A DNA stretch of 64,000 bases from Haliotis cracherodii (GCF_022045235.1 NW_027266273.1:13206001-13270000), one strand, 5' to 3'; counted from the stretch's first letter, positions 49,701 to 62,225 are shown. Notes: generated by a model from the sequence alone, not told the origin. Numbers and translations are program-made.

Positions 49701-52700
49701 GCTGTCCAAGTCATGCTAGCGGAGTTACCTCCCTTACCTACCTGCACTAACCTGGGCATGTTTGATTGTTTTACTTACACTACAGGCCGCCGTGCTGCGG
49801 ACAGTGAAGAAGGTATGTCTTATCCCGGGCTCGTATTGTAGTCTACTCGTATCTCTGGCTTGTTTAGTGTAGTCTGACTGTCGTACTAACTCTTGATATT
49901 GTAGCTCACCTCACTTCACTCACTACTGAACACTTTAGATAAGTGTCTTTTGTGCTGCATTTACCATGTTTATGTCCGTTGAAGGCGGAAGTCTTCCGCC
50001 TTACGGTACGATGGAAGGTAAGATCTTCCATACGACTTGGAGTCAGCACTGATGTGCTGAATATAGAATAATGAAGCTGTGTGATACATGTATATTTATT
50101 TTGAATATGTGCTGGGTGTGATGTTTGATATTTAACAAGACTTTGGCTAGAATTGGTCCTCAGTAACCCATGCCGGTAAGAGACAACTATCCGGGGGACT
50201 GGCTCACTGACTTGGTTGATGCATGGCATTGAGTCCCAATTGCATTAATCGATGCTTGTGATGTCAATCACTATATTGTCTGGTCCAGATTTGTGGGTCA
50301 TCGTAAATAGCTGGAATACTGCTGAGTGCAAAATGATATTGACCAATGAGGATTCTGGATTAGAATTGGTCTTCATCAATCTATGCTTGTCAAACAAGGT
50401 GACAAAATGGATGGATTGAGTTCCATCGTATCCCAATGGCTTGGAACATTGCTGATAACATCAATCACTGGTTTGTTTGGCCCAGATGAAATTATTCACA
50501 GGCCACCTTCATATAACTGGAATATTGCAGTGTTATACAACAAACAAACAAGTGTTAAGTGAATTTGTAGTTGAGATTACTGAACAAGTTGAAAATATAA
50601 TAATAATTGAGAAAATCACTTTGCACCCTGACATGCCAGTATGATCTTGAATGGTGAATTCAGGTCTGTTATTACTGGTTTTTTCTTGTGTCTATCCATA
50701 ATAGGGCGACACTACTTGTCATTAGAGGCGACTAACATGATTAGGTGGTCATGCTTGCTGACTTGGTTGATGCATGTAATCGTATCCCAATTGTGTGGAT
50801 CGATGCTCATGTCAATCACTGGATTGTCTGGTCCAAACTCGATTGTTTACAGACCACCCGCATATAGCTGTAATATTGCCGTTAAACAACATACAAACAA
50901 ACAAAATTCTTGTGTCTATCCTCTTATTTATCGTTGTACCCAAAAGGATTAAGCATAAGTATTGACTTCATCGGTGGAGAAAACAAATTATCTTTATTTT
51001 CTGCCTATTTGAACCTATTCCAGTAAATTGCTTAATAAGAGGAGTACATGATGTAACTGTCATGCTTATATCACTATCAGCAGTGGCTTTCCTGCGGTCA
51101 GTACTAATGCTTTCTCTTTATTCCAACTCACCTGGTCATTGACCAGTAGAGTTAACATAATGGCTCCTTGTCAGTTCCACTGTGTCCAGGTGACAATAAA
51201 TATTGACGGTTTACGACCACAGTTCTGTTTTGAACAATCACTTATTAAACATAGACAGATCAAGTTTGATAATCAGTCAATAGTGAATAGTTAAGTAATG
51301 CTTACTTTGCTTTGGACTGATTTCCTGGTGATAACATTCAGAAGTAGGATTGGCAATTGATAAATGTAGTATTTTGTGTCATCCCTCGTGTGACAGATTA
51401 AAGCTGGCGAACAGATCAGGCAAATGGTAATAGGCCAGAGGTAATGTAACTATGCTAACAAAATAATGGAAGTGGGCTGGTGTCTATGTTATGACATGAG
51501 CAGTTATTGATTTCACCAGAGTGGATGTGTACACATTTCATATAAAGATACTGGTCAGCTTTGATATACAAGTCGACCCACGCTGACATTGTCTAAAGTG
51601 GCTGGAGGCTTGATTCAAGAATGTAACCAAGATTTAGATCCAGTTCAAACCTTCAAAGCTGCGGGTTAGAATTGGTTTTCAGCAAACCTTGGTTGTCATA
51701 AGAGGCGACTAGTGGGATCAGTTCAAGCCTCGCTGACCAGGTTGATGCACGTCATCATGATCCAGTTGCGTAGTTCGATGCTCAATTGCTCCTGATGTCC
51801 ATCACTGGATTGTCTCATCCAGACTTGGTTATTTACAGACCGCGATCATATAACTGGAATATTGATGAGTGCTGTGTTAAACAACAAACAAACAATAGAT
51901 CCACTTCAACTTGTAAATGAGTTGGATCAAGTACTTGCAGTGCTGATCAATATACAGTAAACCATGGATCATTTCAATTGGACTTGTTTCTGAATATGAA
52001 CTTCAACAAACGGTAATGGATTCAGAACAATTCCAACTTGGATCCAAAGCCTATGTCACATGTTTTAGAAGACAGATTTGATAGCCAGTGGTAATGACAA
52101 ACATACAGTTGAGCACACATCCTTAAGGTTTTTTGTTGTAGGTGAAGTTATGGTAAAGATTGGTGAAGGACTGCAAACCATGTTCCACTAAATTGTCAGT
52201 CTCATTAAAATCAGATCTTAGTTCTCACTACTGCTGAACAAAGATCTGAGGACACCCCATTATGGTTCATGTCAGAACCACATGTCATCCGACCAATCAG
52301 AGCGTTGCTTACCAGATCAGGAAAGTGACAGACGGAATGTGTTTCCTAATCATGCAACCTCAAAAAAGGTTAACACAGGGTATTCTGAACGACAGTTATG
52401 GCCTGTATGACTGATTCCGTCAAAATCATCAGTGTGAAGGTACTGCCATACAATCGCGACCATATATTAGATATTCCAGATTGTCCTCTTGTTCAGTTTT
52501 CACATTTTTCTTCGAGAACTTCGTCAACATATTTTTCAAGGGTAGGCCTGAATGTTAGAAACTAGTGCTGTAAGGCTTGAGAAAGCTGCTTTCGGTCGGT
52601 CAAAATTCGCAAAAGGTCATTCTGACGTGACCCATAATGGGATGTCCTGAGATCTTTGTCTAGCGGTAGCGAGAACAAAGATCTGATTTTAATGAGATTG

Positions 52701-55700
52701 ACTAAATTGTATACTTTCTCTCTGTCTCTTTCAAAGCATGACTGCATGTCAAAACATAGACATTGGATTTTTGAAAATTATTTATGTTTCATCTAATCTA
52801 TTATTTTGATTATGTTTTATTCTTTACTTCTCTGACAATGGTGATGGGGAATTCATTTGTCAATTTCAGGTTGTGTAATCTAAGTTCTCTAAATTGTCTT
52901 GTCATGGTTAATTAGCAAAATTTAATTATTTTTTTATAATGTATTAGCAGTTGATGTAAAAGGTAACTTTTGTTGTCATTGTCCCTTGGTGTTTTTTTTC
53001 TCTCCCTGTATACTACGACAGTTTGTCTTCAAGCTGTGTCAGTCGTGGTACAACTAGATGTATTGTCGTTGCACTATCTGCTGCAGACTGTTAGTGTTGT
53101 AGTATTGAGCTTAGTATCCCAGTGTTCCTCTCCCGTCTCTGTAAGCTTTCACTTAAACCAAGCAGTATCGCACCACAGCAAGCTCAAGGTTATTGCTATA
53201 CCAGTGAATACTGTGTCAGTACTACGTAACTAAGCAGTATCGCACCACAGCAAGCTCAAGGTTATTGCTTATACCATTGAATACTGTGTCAGTACTACGT
53301 AACTAAGCAGTATCGCACCACAGCAAGCTCAAGGTTATTGCTTATACCAGTGAATACTGTGTCAGTACTACGTAACTAAGCAGTATCGCACCACAGCAAG
53401 CTCAGGTTTATTCCATATACCAGTGAATACTGTGTCAGTACTACGTAACTAAGCGATACTGCACCACAGCAAGCTCAAGGTTATTGCATATACTAGTGAA
53501 TACTGTGTCAGTACTACGTAACTAAGCAGTATCGCACCACAGCAAGCTCAAGGTTATTGCTTATACCAGTGAATACTGTGTCAGTACTACGTAATTAAGC
53601 AGTATCGCACCACAGCAAGCTCAAGGTTATTGCATATACTAGTGAATACTGTGTCAGTACTACGTAACTAAGCGATACTGCACCACAGCAAGCTCAGGTT
53701 TATTCCATATACCAGTGAATACTGTATCAGTACTACGTAATTAAGCAGTATCGCACCACAGCAAGCTCAAGGTTATTGCATATACTAGTGACTACTGTGT
53801 CAGTACTACGTAACTAAGCAGTATCGCACCACAGCAAGCAGGTGCTGTTTAATCTTACTGAAAGTAAAACCTCCGGTCCTAAATCAGAAAAGATAAAGTG
53901 CTTTTCCCAGTCGGTGCCAAATACTTTGGAGCTTACTTGCACAAACATGGATTTGGGCATTATTGTCAGTAGATTTTAGTCTTGCCATAAGGACAAGATT
54001 AAGCTAATATTAGAAGACCAAAAGATATTTTACTAGACTCGTGCTTCTGACTAGTGGCTAAGATCGCAGATAAACATGTTCTGGAATGTAGTAGGAGTAG
54101 TACACCAGCAACAGTTGAACACCTTGCATGTCTGATGTTTCAGAAGATGAAGAGTTTGTGCAGAAGCAGGAGCCCGCGGTGGGGGAAGCCGACCTGCCAC
54201 CTCAGGTGGCCAATGCGTGAGTAAATCCTACTTGTCAGCAGTGCCTCTGCTTGTGACATGACATCTGAAACATTTTCATGATTTTATGAATTTGTGATTT
54301 GTGACATGTTTCTCAGTCATCAATTTTGAAAAAGGTTATTGTGCACGTTTTGGATAGCAATTAGTCAATGTCTCTGAATATGGAACCCTGTTTGGTGGAT
54401 CGAGGTCAGAACAAACTGTCAAGGTTAGTGGATTGTGACTAAAGTGATGGCTTCATGATGCTTGCTTCTACTAACAAGAGGGCGGTCGGGTAGCCTAGTG
54501 GTTAAAGCGTTCGCTCGTCACGCGGAAGACCTGGGTTCGATTCCCGACATGGGTACAATATGTGAAGTCCATTTCTGGTGTCCCCCGCTGTGTTATTTCT
54601 GGAACATTGCTAAAAGCGGCGTAAAATCCAACTCACTCGCTACTAACAAGAGATCTGAAATTTTATCTTGCCATCAGTCTTCACACTTGGGACCTTTGGC
54701 AGCTCTGAAGGGTACCTTACTGAAGAATTTGTTTGTTAGTAGGAGCCAGGATCTTTTGTGGGAATTTGCATAGCAGAAAAGGAATGTTATGAAACGGATA
54801 CATAAAGCTGAACTGAGAATTGGTCTGCTGAATATGTTTCTGGAATGAAATCTGATACCACTGACATCAGAATATTGTAGATTGTGTTTCACTTCCTTCT
54901 GTCATAATAATCACATCGTTTCAGACGGAGAATCGCGCGCCCGTCCAGTGCCCGTCCGGCTCCCCCAAGACCAAAGCAAGATGGTGTAGAGAGTGAGCCA
55001 GCTATGAGGTGTGTACAGCAGTAGATTTCACACAAGTCAGTTTGCTCCTCTTGGGCCAATGAGTGTTAGTTATTCACCCATTTAATAACAATACACCTTT
55101 ATTAACAGTGTTTAATAGCATCATATGGGGACAGGACTATTTTTGGCATCAGCTGGTTTTTTGAATTGGTAGCACTGCATCTGTACTCTGCAAGATCTAC
55201 ACTACTCCTGGACCGATAAACATTTGCATGTATCACTGAACTGTATTATTGACATATTTACTGGAATATTTCAAGTCTGTGAGTTTTTCAAGTGGTCTAT
55301 GATCTATGGCAGGACTAAGGGACAAGTGTGTTAAGTAGAGAGTATGGGTCAGCCATGAGGGTGTTCAGCTGTGGTTTTTGTACTGGCCTGGTTGCTCCTA
55401 TTTACCCAACTGTATGTTATGGGTGCATCTACAAACACTGTGTGCTTGTTTCAGACTCGGCAGTGGACACCCAACCAATGTAATCGTGGACAATGGCCAG
55501 CAGTCTGATGAAGATGATGAGAATTTCCTGGTAGAAGAGTCTGCACCACCCCCACCAGAGCCAGAGCAGGTACAGTCAGTGTTCTTTTGAGCTTCACACA
55601 GTGAAAGGGGGAGGTCAGGTAGCTTAGTGGTTAAAGCGTTCACTCATTTTGCCAAAGACCCGGGTTTGATTCCTGAAATGGGTACAATGTGTGAAGCCCA

Positions 55701-58700
55701 AGTCTAGTGTCCCCTGCCATGATATTGCTAGAATATTGCTAAAAACGGCATAAAACCATACTCACTCACTCACTCACTCCAATCTGAAAGAGGTCTTGAA
55801 TAACAGTATGTGAATCCTATTCTTCATGTCCATCTGTTGTAATATTACTGTAATTTTGCCAAATGGTGTCATTCACCTCTTCACATTTTATTCAGTGAAT
55901 TCTTGTAGTCCTCCTTCAGTAGGGTAATATTTGGTGAAATATATTCTGGACACCAGTACAAATAAACATAATGGAGATACCAAAGAGAGGCATTATGCTA
56001 ATTGTAGCTGAACTGACTTGAACTGAACAAATTGGCAACTAGATGTTGCTATGCCAACAATTGTAAACTATTGTCTATTTGCAAGATTAATGTTTTTAAA
56101 AAGAAAAATGGAGCTGCCTGTCCGTACCTGTATGCCAAGTTGTATGAGTGTGGTATTTGAGTCTCTGTGTCCTGTTACAGACGGTGCTGAGCAAGCAGGA
56201 AGGGGAAGATGATGCTGAGCACGGTGGGTTTATTATTTAACTTGCATGGTTTAGATACATATTATACTTGACTGCCTCCATGGTCTAACTGTTTGTTTGG
56301 CATTCTAGAAGTTGGTGAGTAAGTAAGAAAACGTACAACTTTATGGATACATCTTCTGTTTTATAGCATATAGCGACATTTCGATGTAAATTCTTGCACC
56401 AGCTTGATGACAGTTTAAGAATCTACATCGAGACGTTGCTATGTGCAATAAACCAGAAGTTGTTATCCATGAAGTTGTACGTTTTCTGACTCATGGTCTA
56501 GTGGATAGAGCATCTACTTGGTGAGCAGAAGGTCGGTTGACTAATCCCCGGACATGTCAAACCGAAAGATGTTAAAAGATGGTACTTGTTGTTACCCTGC
56601 CTGGCGCTTGGCATAAGGGGATAAAACAAGGACTGGTCATTTTGGAAATTGGTACATTGTGAATTCTTTCAGCCAAAGTCCTGTATGTGAAGTTTTGATT
56701 GTTCACAGGAGCTCTTGTGAAGAAGATGCTGGAGACAAAGAAGGAATTTGAAGAAGGAAGTCAGCCACAACAGAGTGGACCTCCCAAGAAAACTGAAATT
56801 GTATGTATATAGTGGAAACCTACTGCTAAGCAAACTTCAGAAAGAAACACTGGCGTGTTGGGACAGTAGGCATTCTGCATGCTGTGGAAGAAAGTATTTC
56901 CATGTGTCTGCATGACAGTGCATCTCGAGTTCATGCTGTATGTGTATTTGTCCATGCATCACATCCACATACTACCTTCCACTCCTGTTGCTGTTATGGA
57001 CTGCACGTTTATGCAGATCCACAGGTGCAGTTGTCATGTGATTTTTCTGAAGTTTGTTTAGCAGTAGTTGAATTCTCTCTGTGCTGTTGACAGTACGAGG
57101 GGCGTTCAATAAGTTTTGCAACTTCAATATAAGACCAAGCCGCAGATTATCTTTTGCACTTTTATTTTTCAATATAATCTCCATTCACCTCTATACATTT
57201 AGTCCATTTGTCCTTCAAACTTGTAGTACCACTTTCATAGAAATCTGCAGAGTGGCCCTCTAACCTCGCCACTGTGGCAGCCTTTATGTCCTCGTCATCC
57301 TGGAAGCGCCTTTCACGTAGGGCAGATTTCATTTGCTGGAACAGGAACTGGTCACTGGGGGCTAAGTCTGGGCTGTACAGTTAAATCACCCACCCTATAG
57401 CCCAGGCTTAGCAAATAAAAGTGCAAAAGATATTCTGTGACATGGTCTTATATTGAAGTTGCAAAACTTATTGAACGCCCCTCGTATGTGTCTGACAGAG
57501 GATACACCCTCACTGAAAGGTACTCAGTCCAATCAGGTAGATAATGGTTCGGTGTCAGGACTCGATTTAGACGTATAAAACATGCACCAAGGCAACCTAT
57601 TATTGAAAAATGTAACCTTATAATTTATCTCTCTTTTAACAGTACAGCAACGTCTACAACCTACGTCCCTTTGAGCTTTCATCTTACGGTTGGAATGCAA
57701 TTATACAACTGAAATTCATTCTTTCTTTCTTTCTTTCTTGTTTAACGCCGCATTCAGCAATATTCCAGCTATATGACGGCAGTCTGTAAATAATCGGGGG
57801 CACTGATGGTCCAGTCGTCTAAGGCGCCACGATTCGCTGTGCAGAGTTGCGTCTCTTGTGCACGCCAGAAACCTATGATTGTGGGTTCAAATCCCGGTTT
57901 GCCATGATTATGTTTCTAGGTTTGTCAGCACCATACCCGTGCTCATAGGTTTCACCGAAGTGGTAAACGTCTGAGACCTGCATCACTTCGGGCTTTCCTC
58001 CCACATTAGGCTGACACGCCTTCATACAACTGGAATACTGTTAAAAGCGGCATTAAAACCAACTCACTAACTCACTCACTGTAAATAATTGACTCTGGAC
58101 CAGACAGTCCAGTTATTGACATGTACGCAATTGGGATACGATGACATGCATCAACCAAGTCAGGAATCCTGGCCACCAGATCATGTTAGTCACGTCTTAC
58201 GACGAGCAAGGTTTTCTTAAGACCAATTCTAACTGGATCTTCGCAGGAGAAATACTTTTATTAGTGATGCTGAACTGGCTCACTCACTGACTTTATACAT
58301 TTCAGGAAAGACCAGCCATGTCTGATGCTGCCAGGAGAAAACAGCGTGAGATCGTACAGAAGGAGATCAACAAGCTGCGGAACAGCATCCAGAGCCTGAC
58401 GCGGAGCGCCAACCCACTGGGGAAGATCATGGACTATGTGCAGGAAGATCTCGACTCCATGCAGAAAGAGCTGGAGAAGTGGAAATCTGAAAACAAAGAA
58501 CACTCACTGGCTCTCAAGAGGGAGAGAGGGTAAGTTGGACAACAGGACCGTTAGATGACATTTTTTACAACTAGTATAACTTGTAATGAAATGTATCGTG
58601 TATATCGCGTTACAATACTTTATCGCAGTATTGTTACACCACTAGAGGGGCGGTCGGGTAGCCTAGTGGTAAAAACGTTCGCTCGTCACGCCGAAGACCC

Positions 58701-59163
58701 GACATGGGTACAATGTGTGAAGCCCATTTCTGGTGTTCCCCGCCGTGATATTGCCGGAATATTGCTAAAAGCAGCATAAAACCATACTCATTCACTCACT
58801 ACACCACTAGCAGCCACACACGTGCACACACGTAGACACACACACACATGCAAGCACTTCGCTTCCCCGACATTAATCCCTTCATCTCTTCTATTCGATT
58901 AGCACACAACTATTTCTCTAAACTTGATTCCTTATAAGTATTTAGGACAGTGTTAGATTGAGGAAAATAATTCCAGTTAACAATTTTTTGTGTTTGTTAC
59001 ATCTAGCATTACAGACCGGTCGGTGGAGCCACTCAAGGCCCAGCTATCTGAACTTGACCAAGCAATTAAGGACCAGCTGGACCTGATTGCAGCGACCAAG
59101 TCCAACATCATCAGGAACGACCAGAAGATTGACAAGATGCTCAAGAGTATTGCCAAGTCGTGA
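38240..59163 (+). CDS. TRAF3IP1: TRAF3-interacting protein 1 / intraflagellar transport protein IFT54 (MIP-T3)
   Basis: N-terminal CH domain ([46 protein letters not shown]), charged linker, [24 protein letters not shown]-terminal coiled coil ([29 protein letters not shown]). 15 core GT-AG exons join in frame (~528 aa). Confidence 0.97.
39767..39835. repeat. Near-perfect hairpin / MITE core
   Basis: TTTTGGTAGACAGAGCATGCCCTGG paired with CCAGGGCATGCTCTGTCTACCAAAA. Confidence 0.75.
40843..40911 (+). CDS. TRAF3IP1: TRAF3IP1 exon 2
   Basis: [23 protein letters not shown]; cag/gtaagt. Confidence 0.95.
41314..41548 (+). mobile_element. SINE-like family B
   Basis: Consensus match. Confidence 0.85.
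42294..42342 (+). CDS. TRAF3IP1: TRAF3IP1 exon 3
   Basis: [16 protein letters not shown]; tttcag/gtaagt. Confidence 0.95.
42397..42751. mobile_element. Tc1/mariner/pogo-type MITE
   Basis: TIR CCGTATTCGACGTAATAAGCGCCC, flanking TA. Confidence 0.8.
43389..43501 (+). CDS. TRAF3IP1: TRAF3IP1 exon 4
   Basis: [37 protein letters not shown]. Confidence 0.95.
43739..43781. repeat. (CT)n microsatellite
   Basis: Seen directly. Confidence 0.95.
43829..43966 (+). CDS. TRAF3IP1: TRAF3IP1 exon 5
   Basis: [13 protein letters not shown]...KKESE; phase 0-0. Confidence 0.92.
44852..45025 (+). CDS. TRAF3IP1: TRAF3IP1 exon 6 (R/D/K/E-rich)
   Basis: [22 protein letters not shown]...; gtag/gtgagt. Confidence 0.92.
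45832..46527 (+). CDS. TRAF3IP1: Candidate large alternative TRAF3IP1 exon (232 codons, basic S/R/K-rich)
   Basis: Stop-free for ~250 codons inside an AT-rich intron; ggtag acceptor, weak cag|gttttt donor; phase 0-0 fits its neighbours. Confidence 0.62.
47302..47373 (+). CDS. TRAF3IP1: TRAF3IP1 exon 7
   Basis: [24 protein letters not shown]; ttccag/gtgagg. Confidence 0.85.
47503..47650 (-). mobile_element. Short poly(A)-tailed retro-insertion inside SINE C
   Basis: ~30-nt poly(T) on the plus strand; TSD gtggagagtt. Confidence 0.7.
48713..48773 (+). CDS. TRAF3IP1: TRAF3IP1 exon 8
   Basis: [19 protein letters not shown]; NAGNAG acceptor, gtcagt donor. Confidence 0.88.
49786..49812 (+). CDS. 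TRAF3IP1: TRAF3IP1 candidate 27-nt micro-exon
   Basis: ctacag acceptor with upstream ctaac branch point, ag|gtatgt donor, phase 1-1, GRRAADSEE. Confidence 0.7.
49985..50017 (+). CDS. TRAF3IP1: TRAF3IP1 candidate 33-nt micro-exon
   Basis: gaag acceptor, ag|gtaaga donor, phase 1-1, [11 protein letters not shown]. Confidence 0.4.
52197..52700. mobile_element. ~505-bp MITE with long TIRs and 10-bp TSD (Mutator-like)
   Basis: TIR CAATCTCATTAAAATCAGATCTT...; TSD actaaattgt. Confidence 0.85.
53160..53838. repeat. 73-bp minisatellite (~9 copies)
   Basis: Unit aagcagtatcgcaccacagcaagctcaaggttattgcttataccagtgaatactgtgtcagtactacgtaact. Confidence 0.95.
54144..54216 (+). CDS. TRAF3IP1: TRAF3IP1 exon 9
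   Basis: [24 protein letters not shown]; tttcag/gtgagt; phase 1 to 2. Confidence 0.88.
54480..54640 (+). mobile_element. SINE family A
   Basis: Consensus match; TSD ctactaacaagag. Confidence 0.9.
54925..55008 (+). CDS. TRAF3IP1: TRAF3IP1 exon 10
   Basis: [19 protein letters not shown] conserved motif. Confidence 0.94.
55455..55569 (+). CDS. TRAF3IP1: TRAF3IP1 exon 11
   Basis: [30 protein letters not shown]. Confidence 0.93.
56181..56223 (+). CDS. TRAF3IP1: TRAF3IP1 exon 12
   Basis: [14 protein letters not shown]; ttacag/gtgggt. Confidence 0.9.
56288..56491. mobile_element. Inverted pair of PLE pLTRs (palindrome 56326-56487) inserted in a SINE D head
   Basis: Both arms are homologous to 23214-23300; TSD catggtcta at 56279-56287 and 56492-56500. 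Confidence 0.72.
56709..56800 (+). CDS. TRAF3IP1: TRAF3IP1 exon 13
   Basis: [15 protein letters not shown]. Confidence 0.94.
57096..57484 (-). mobile_element. Internally deleted mariner (MITE-like)
   Basis: ~70-bp TIRs CGAGGGGCGTTCAATAAGTTTTGCAAC, TA TSD, internal [13 protein letters not shown] motif. Confidence 0.9.
57738..58245 (-). mobile_element. Family B copy interrupted by a family C SINE (+, 57795-58078)
   Basis: TSD ctgtaaataat at 57784-57794 and 58079-58089. Confidence 0.88.
58306..58529 (+). CDS. TRAF3IP1: TRAF3IP1 exon 14 (coiled coil)
   Basis: [41 protein letters not shown]. Confidence 0.96.
59007..59163 (+). CDS. TRAF3IP1: TRAF3IP1 terminal exon
   Basis: [45 protein letters not shown]; stop TGA. 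Confidence 0.96.
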
Positions 59164-59558
59164 TGATGACCCTCTCTCCTGGTGCTATGTTCTAGCAGGG
59201 CGGTCAGGTGGGGATCTACAGGCGAGATAACAACACCCTGTAACCTTCACATTTTTTAAGCTGAAATTTTATAATTCTACTGAAGACCAATGTTTGGAAA
59301 TGACTTCCATATGGCTTTTTATTTAAAATCTGTACAATTCAAAAGATTTATTTTGGGTAATAATTCATCAGTATTTATTGTGGAGTAATGACATTCTCAT
59401 TTCATATCTGTGTGTGGGGGTGTAAAAATACAAGGGAGGTCACTCTGTTACATATTCCATTTTTGAGATAATGTATATATATATTCTCAATACATGGGAG
59501 GAATATTTCAGGTTGACTACATATCAGATCATTTGCACATGGGGTTCTTTTTAGTACA

Positions 59559-59724
59559 GGGGGGTCGGGTAACCTAGTGGTTAAAGCGTTCGCTCGTCAC
59601 GCCGAAGATCCGGGTTCGATTCCAGATATGGGTACAATGTGTGAAGCCCATTTCTGGTGTCCCCCGCCGTGACATTGCTGGAATATTGCTAAAATTGGCG
59701 TAAAACCATATTCACTCACTCACT
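59559..59724 (+). mobile_element. SINE family A downstream of the TRAF3IP1 stop (probable 3' UTR)
   Basis: Consensus match. Confidence 0.88.
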
Positions 59725-61560
59725 CTTTTTAGCACAATTAGAACAACATAGCTGTCATTTGTGTCATGAGACATCCGTTGAGGAGACCAAGAAAAGAAGT
59801 AGTTTGCTCAATCACCTGCCAACCAGCATCCCCGAACTTATGGAGACAGTTTTGATTTTGAGAACTAGGATATGCTATTTAGTATTTCCTCATCATGCTC
59901 ATTACCAAGTTGACAGTTGTTATCATTGATAAGATGGCTCCCTGTCTCTCTTTCAGTAATAAGTGTTAGGTGTGAATTGATTTGCAAAAAGATTCAATTT
60001 CCCTTCCTATGCCCACATGCCCTCCCAATTAGTCGGTTCCAGTAGTTCCAGGTCCTACAAATTCCTGCAGTCTAGTACAACATTCTACATTTCCCCATTG
60101 TTTAACATTACAAGGGCATTTTATCTTTACCCAGGCTAGTGAAGCTTTTCAGTTTAGTTCTAGCCCTGACATGAGTATGGGAGAAACAGTCGAACTGTAG
60201 GTATGGCATCACTATAAAATGCGGAGGTTTTTCATGATGTGAAACTGTATCTCTGTATTCTTACACCCTATTCACTTCATTATTTATCCCACATCCACAA
60301 CTTGAGTGTGGTTGCCTGCGTGTTCAGGCCTGGCCACCTGGCTGACAAACTCTATCTGTGATGCAACTCTCCACTCATTTTTAGGCAGTGTTACTTAATG
60401 GAGAAACAGCCAACAAGTCAAGTCTGCTTGATATTGCGATGCTGTGTCCATCTGGTAGATTTCTCCGACACTGTTTTAGGCGATAAGTTTCTTTTTAGTT
60501 GGTCAACAGTATTTTGTTGAGTTCTGACAATGTCGATGGTTGAAAAGAAAAAATGGTGACAAGGCACTTGAATCCCATCCGGCTATCTCATATCGTCACC
60601 CTTATTGGTCGCCATCGCTTAACATTTTGTGGCAAAACTTCTCTATGTATTTTGTATTCGGCAATTAATCTTCTTTTCAACACAAACTAATTTGTATGAT
60701 ATTTCATGTTAAGCTATGTTTTTATTTGTATTCTTTTATACTTTTGGATTCAGCAGTGTTAAAAACATATCAGAAAAGTCATTATATTTTTATTTTCATT
60801 TTGCTATTTTTCAATTTGGCAGATCTGTTAACCAACAAGAACAAAACTAGTCGCCTAACAGTCAAGGGTATCAGTGTCAGCTATGTATGTAACGTGCGTT
60901 TGATTAGACATTGATTTTGTGGGTACTCTTTGTTTTTTCACGATTTCACAAAATTGAGATTGATTGTTTTCCATGATTGTATTTAGTACAAGAATCCTCA
61001 TCACATTCTGATATCTTTATGACGACATTAACAGATGTCAAAGAAGTACAGTGTTTCAAGTTGTTTTTCAAAATGTCATTTCAAGTTTATTAAGCATGTT
61101 TGTATTTTCTTACAAGTGTGTGCAGATATAAACAAACATTATTGATCAATAAGAACAGTTATTTCTTGATTCTAGATGTTAGCACATTCTATTAACTGTG
61201 AGTATGGATGCACTATTTAGTGGGTGAATGGTTGGTGATTATACTGTTCTGTTGTAACATGTACACTTATTTGATACTATACCTCACTCAGGTGAACTTG
61301 ATGTAGAGTTTGTCACACAAGCCCCATAAAACCAACGATTTATCTAGAAAGTGTCTGTTCAGGGAAAACATTTTGTGGGAATTTTTTTAAATTCTCTCTT
61401 GGTCCTGCTATGAGCATGATGAGTGAAATATGACTCCTTTATAACCATTATCACTTGAATGTGGACATTTTTTTGTTCTTTTTGGGGATTTTTGTACAAA
61501 TATTTGCTGATTTGGGTCCAACTATCGATCTCGGAATATACCTACTTTTACCCCTGAATA

Positions 61561-62066
61561 CAATCTCATTAAAATCAGATCTTAGTTCTCGCTATCGCTA
61601 AACAAAGATCTGAGGACATCCCATTACGGGTCAAGTCAGACCTTGCACGGATTTTGACCGACCAATGGAAGGATTGACAAGAAGTCGACATTAGCCAATC
61701 AGAAGGCAGCTTCCTCGTGCTTTACGGCACTAATTTCAAATTGTCCACTACGCTTCGAAAAATATTTTGACAAATTCTTGATTAAAAATTTGAAACCTAA
61801 ACAAAAGAACATTCTGGAATGGCAAATATATGGTCTAGGCTGTATGGATTCAGTCGTTAAACCCGTAACTATCGTTCGGAATACCCCATGTTAAAGTTTT
61901 CGAGGTTGCATGATTAATAATCACTTTCCGACTGTCCCTTTTATGATCTGGTAAGCAATGCTGTGATTGGTTGAATGAAAGGTCGTTCTGACGTGACCCC
62001 TAATGGGATGTCCTCAGATCTTTGTTTAGCGTTAGCGAGAACTAAGATCTGATTTCAATGAGATTG
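61561..62066. mobile_element. Second copy of the same MITE, opposite orientation
   Basis: Same TIRs; TSD cccctgaata/cccctgcata. Confidence 0.85.
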
Positions 62067-62225
62067 CCCCTGCATACAGAGTCACATTCCAGGAAGCAGT
62101 TGTAGCACTATGATGACTCCCATTTTAAACATAGATTTACAAAGTTGTAGTGCTACAATGACTTTGTGGAGCAGGGCCCTGGTTGTGAATGTGCAGCCGT
62201 ACCTCTTTCTCTTCAGTAGCATTTA

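Noticed and set aside
52142-52162. Further IFT54 micro-exon (GEVMVKI)
   Set aside because: The acceptor is good, but the stronger donor gives an 11-nt frameshifting exon and the in-frame donor is weak.
26205-53838. CRISPR-like appearance of the 44, 50 and 73-bp arrays
   Set aside because: Units are contiguous with no unique spacers, there are no cas genes, and the DNA is eukaryotic.
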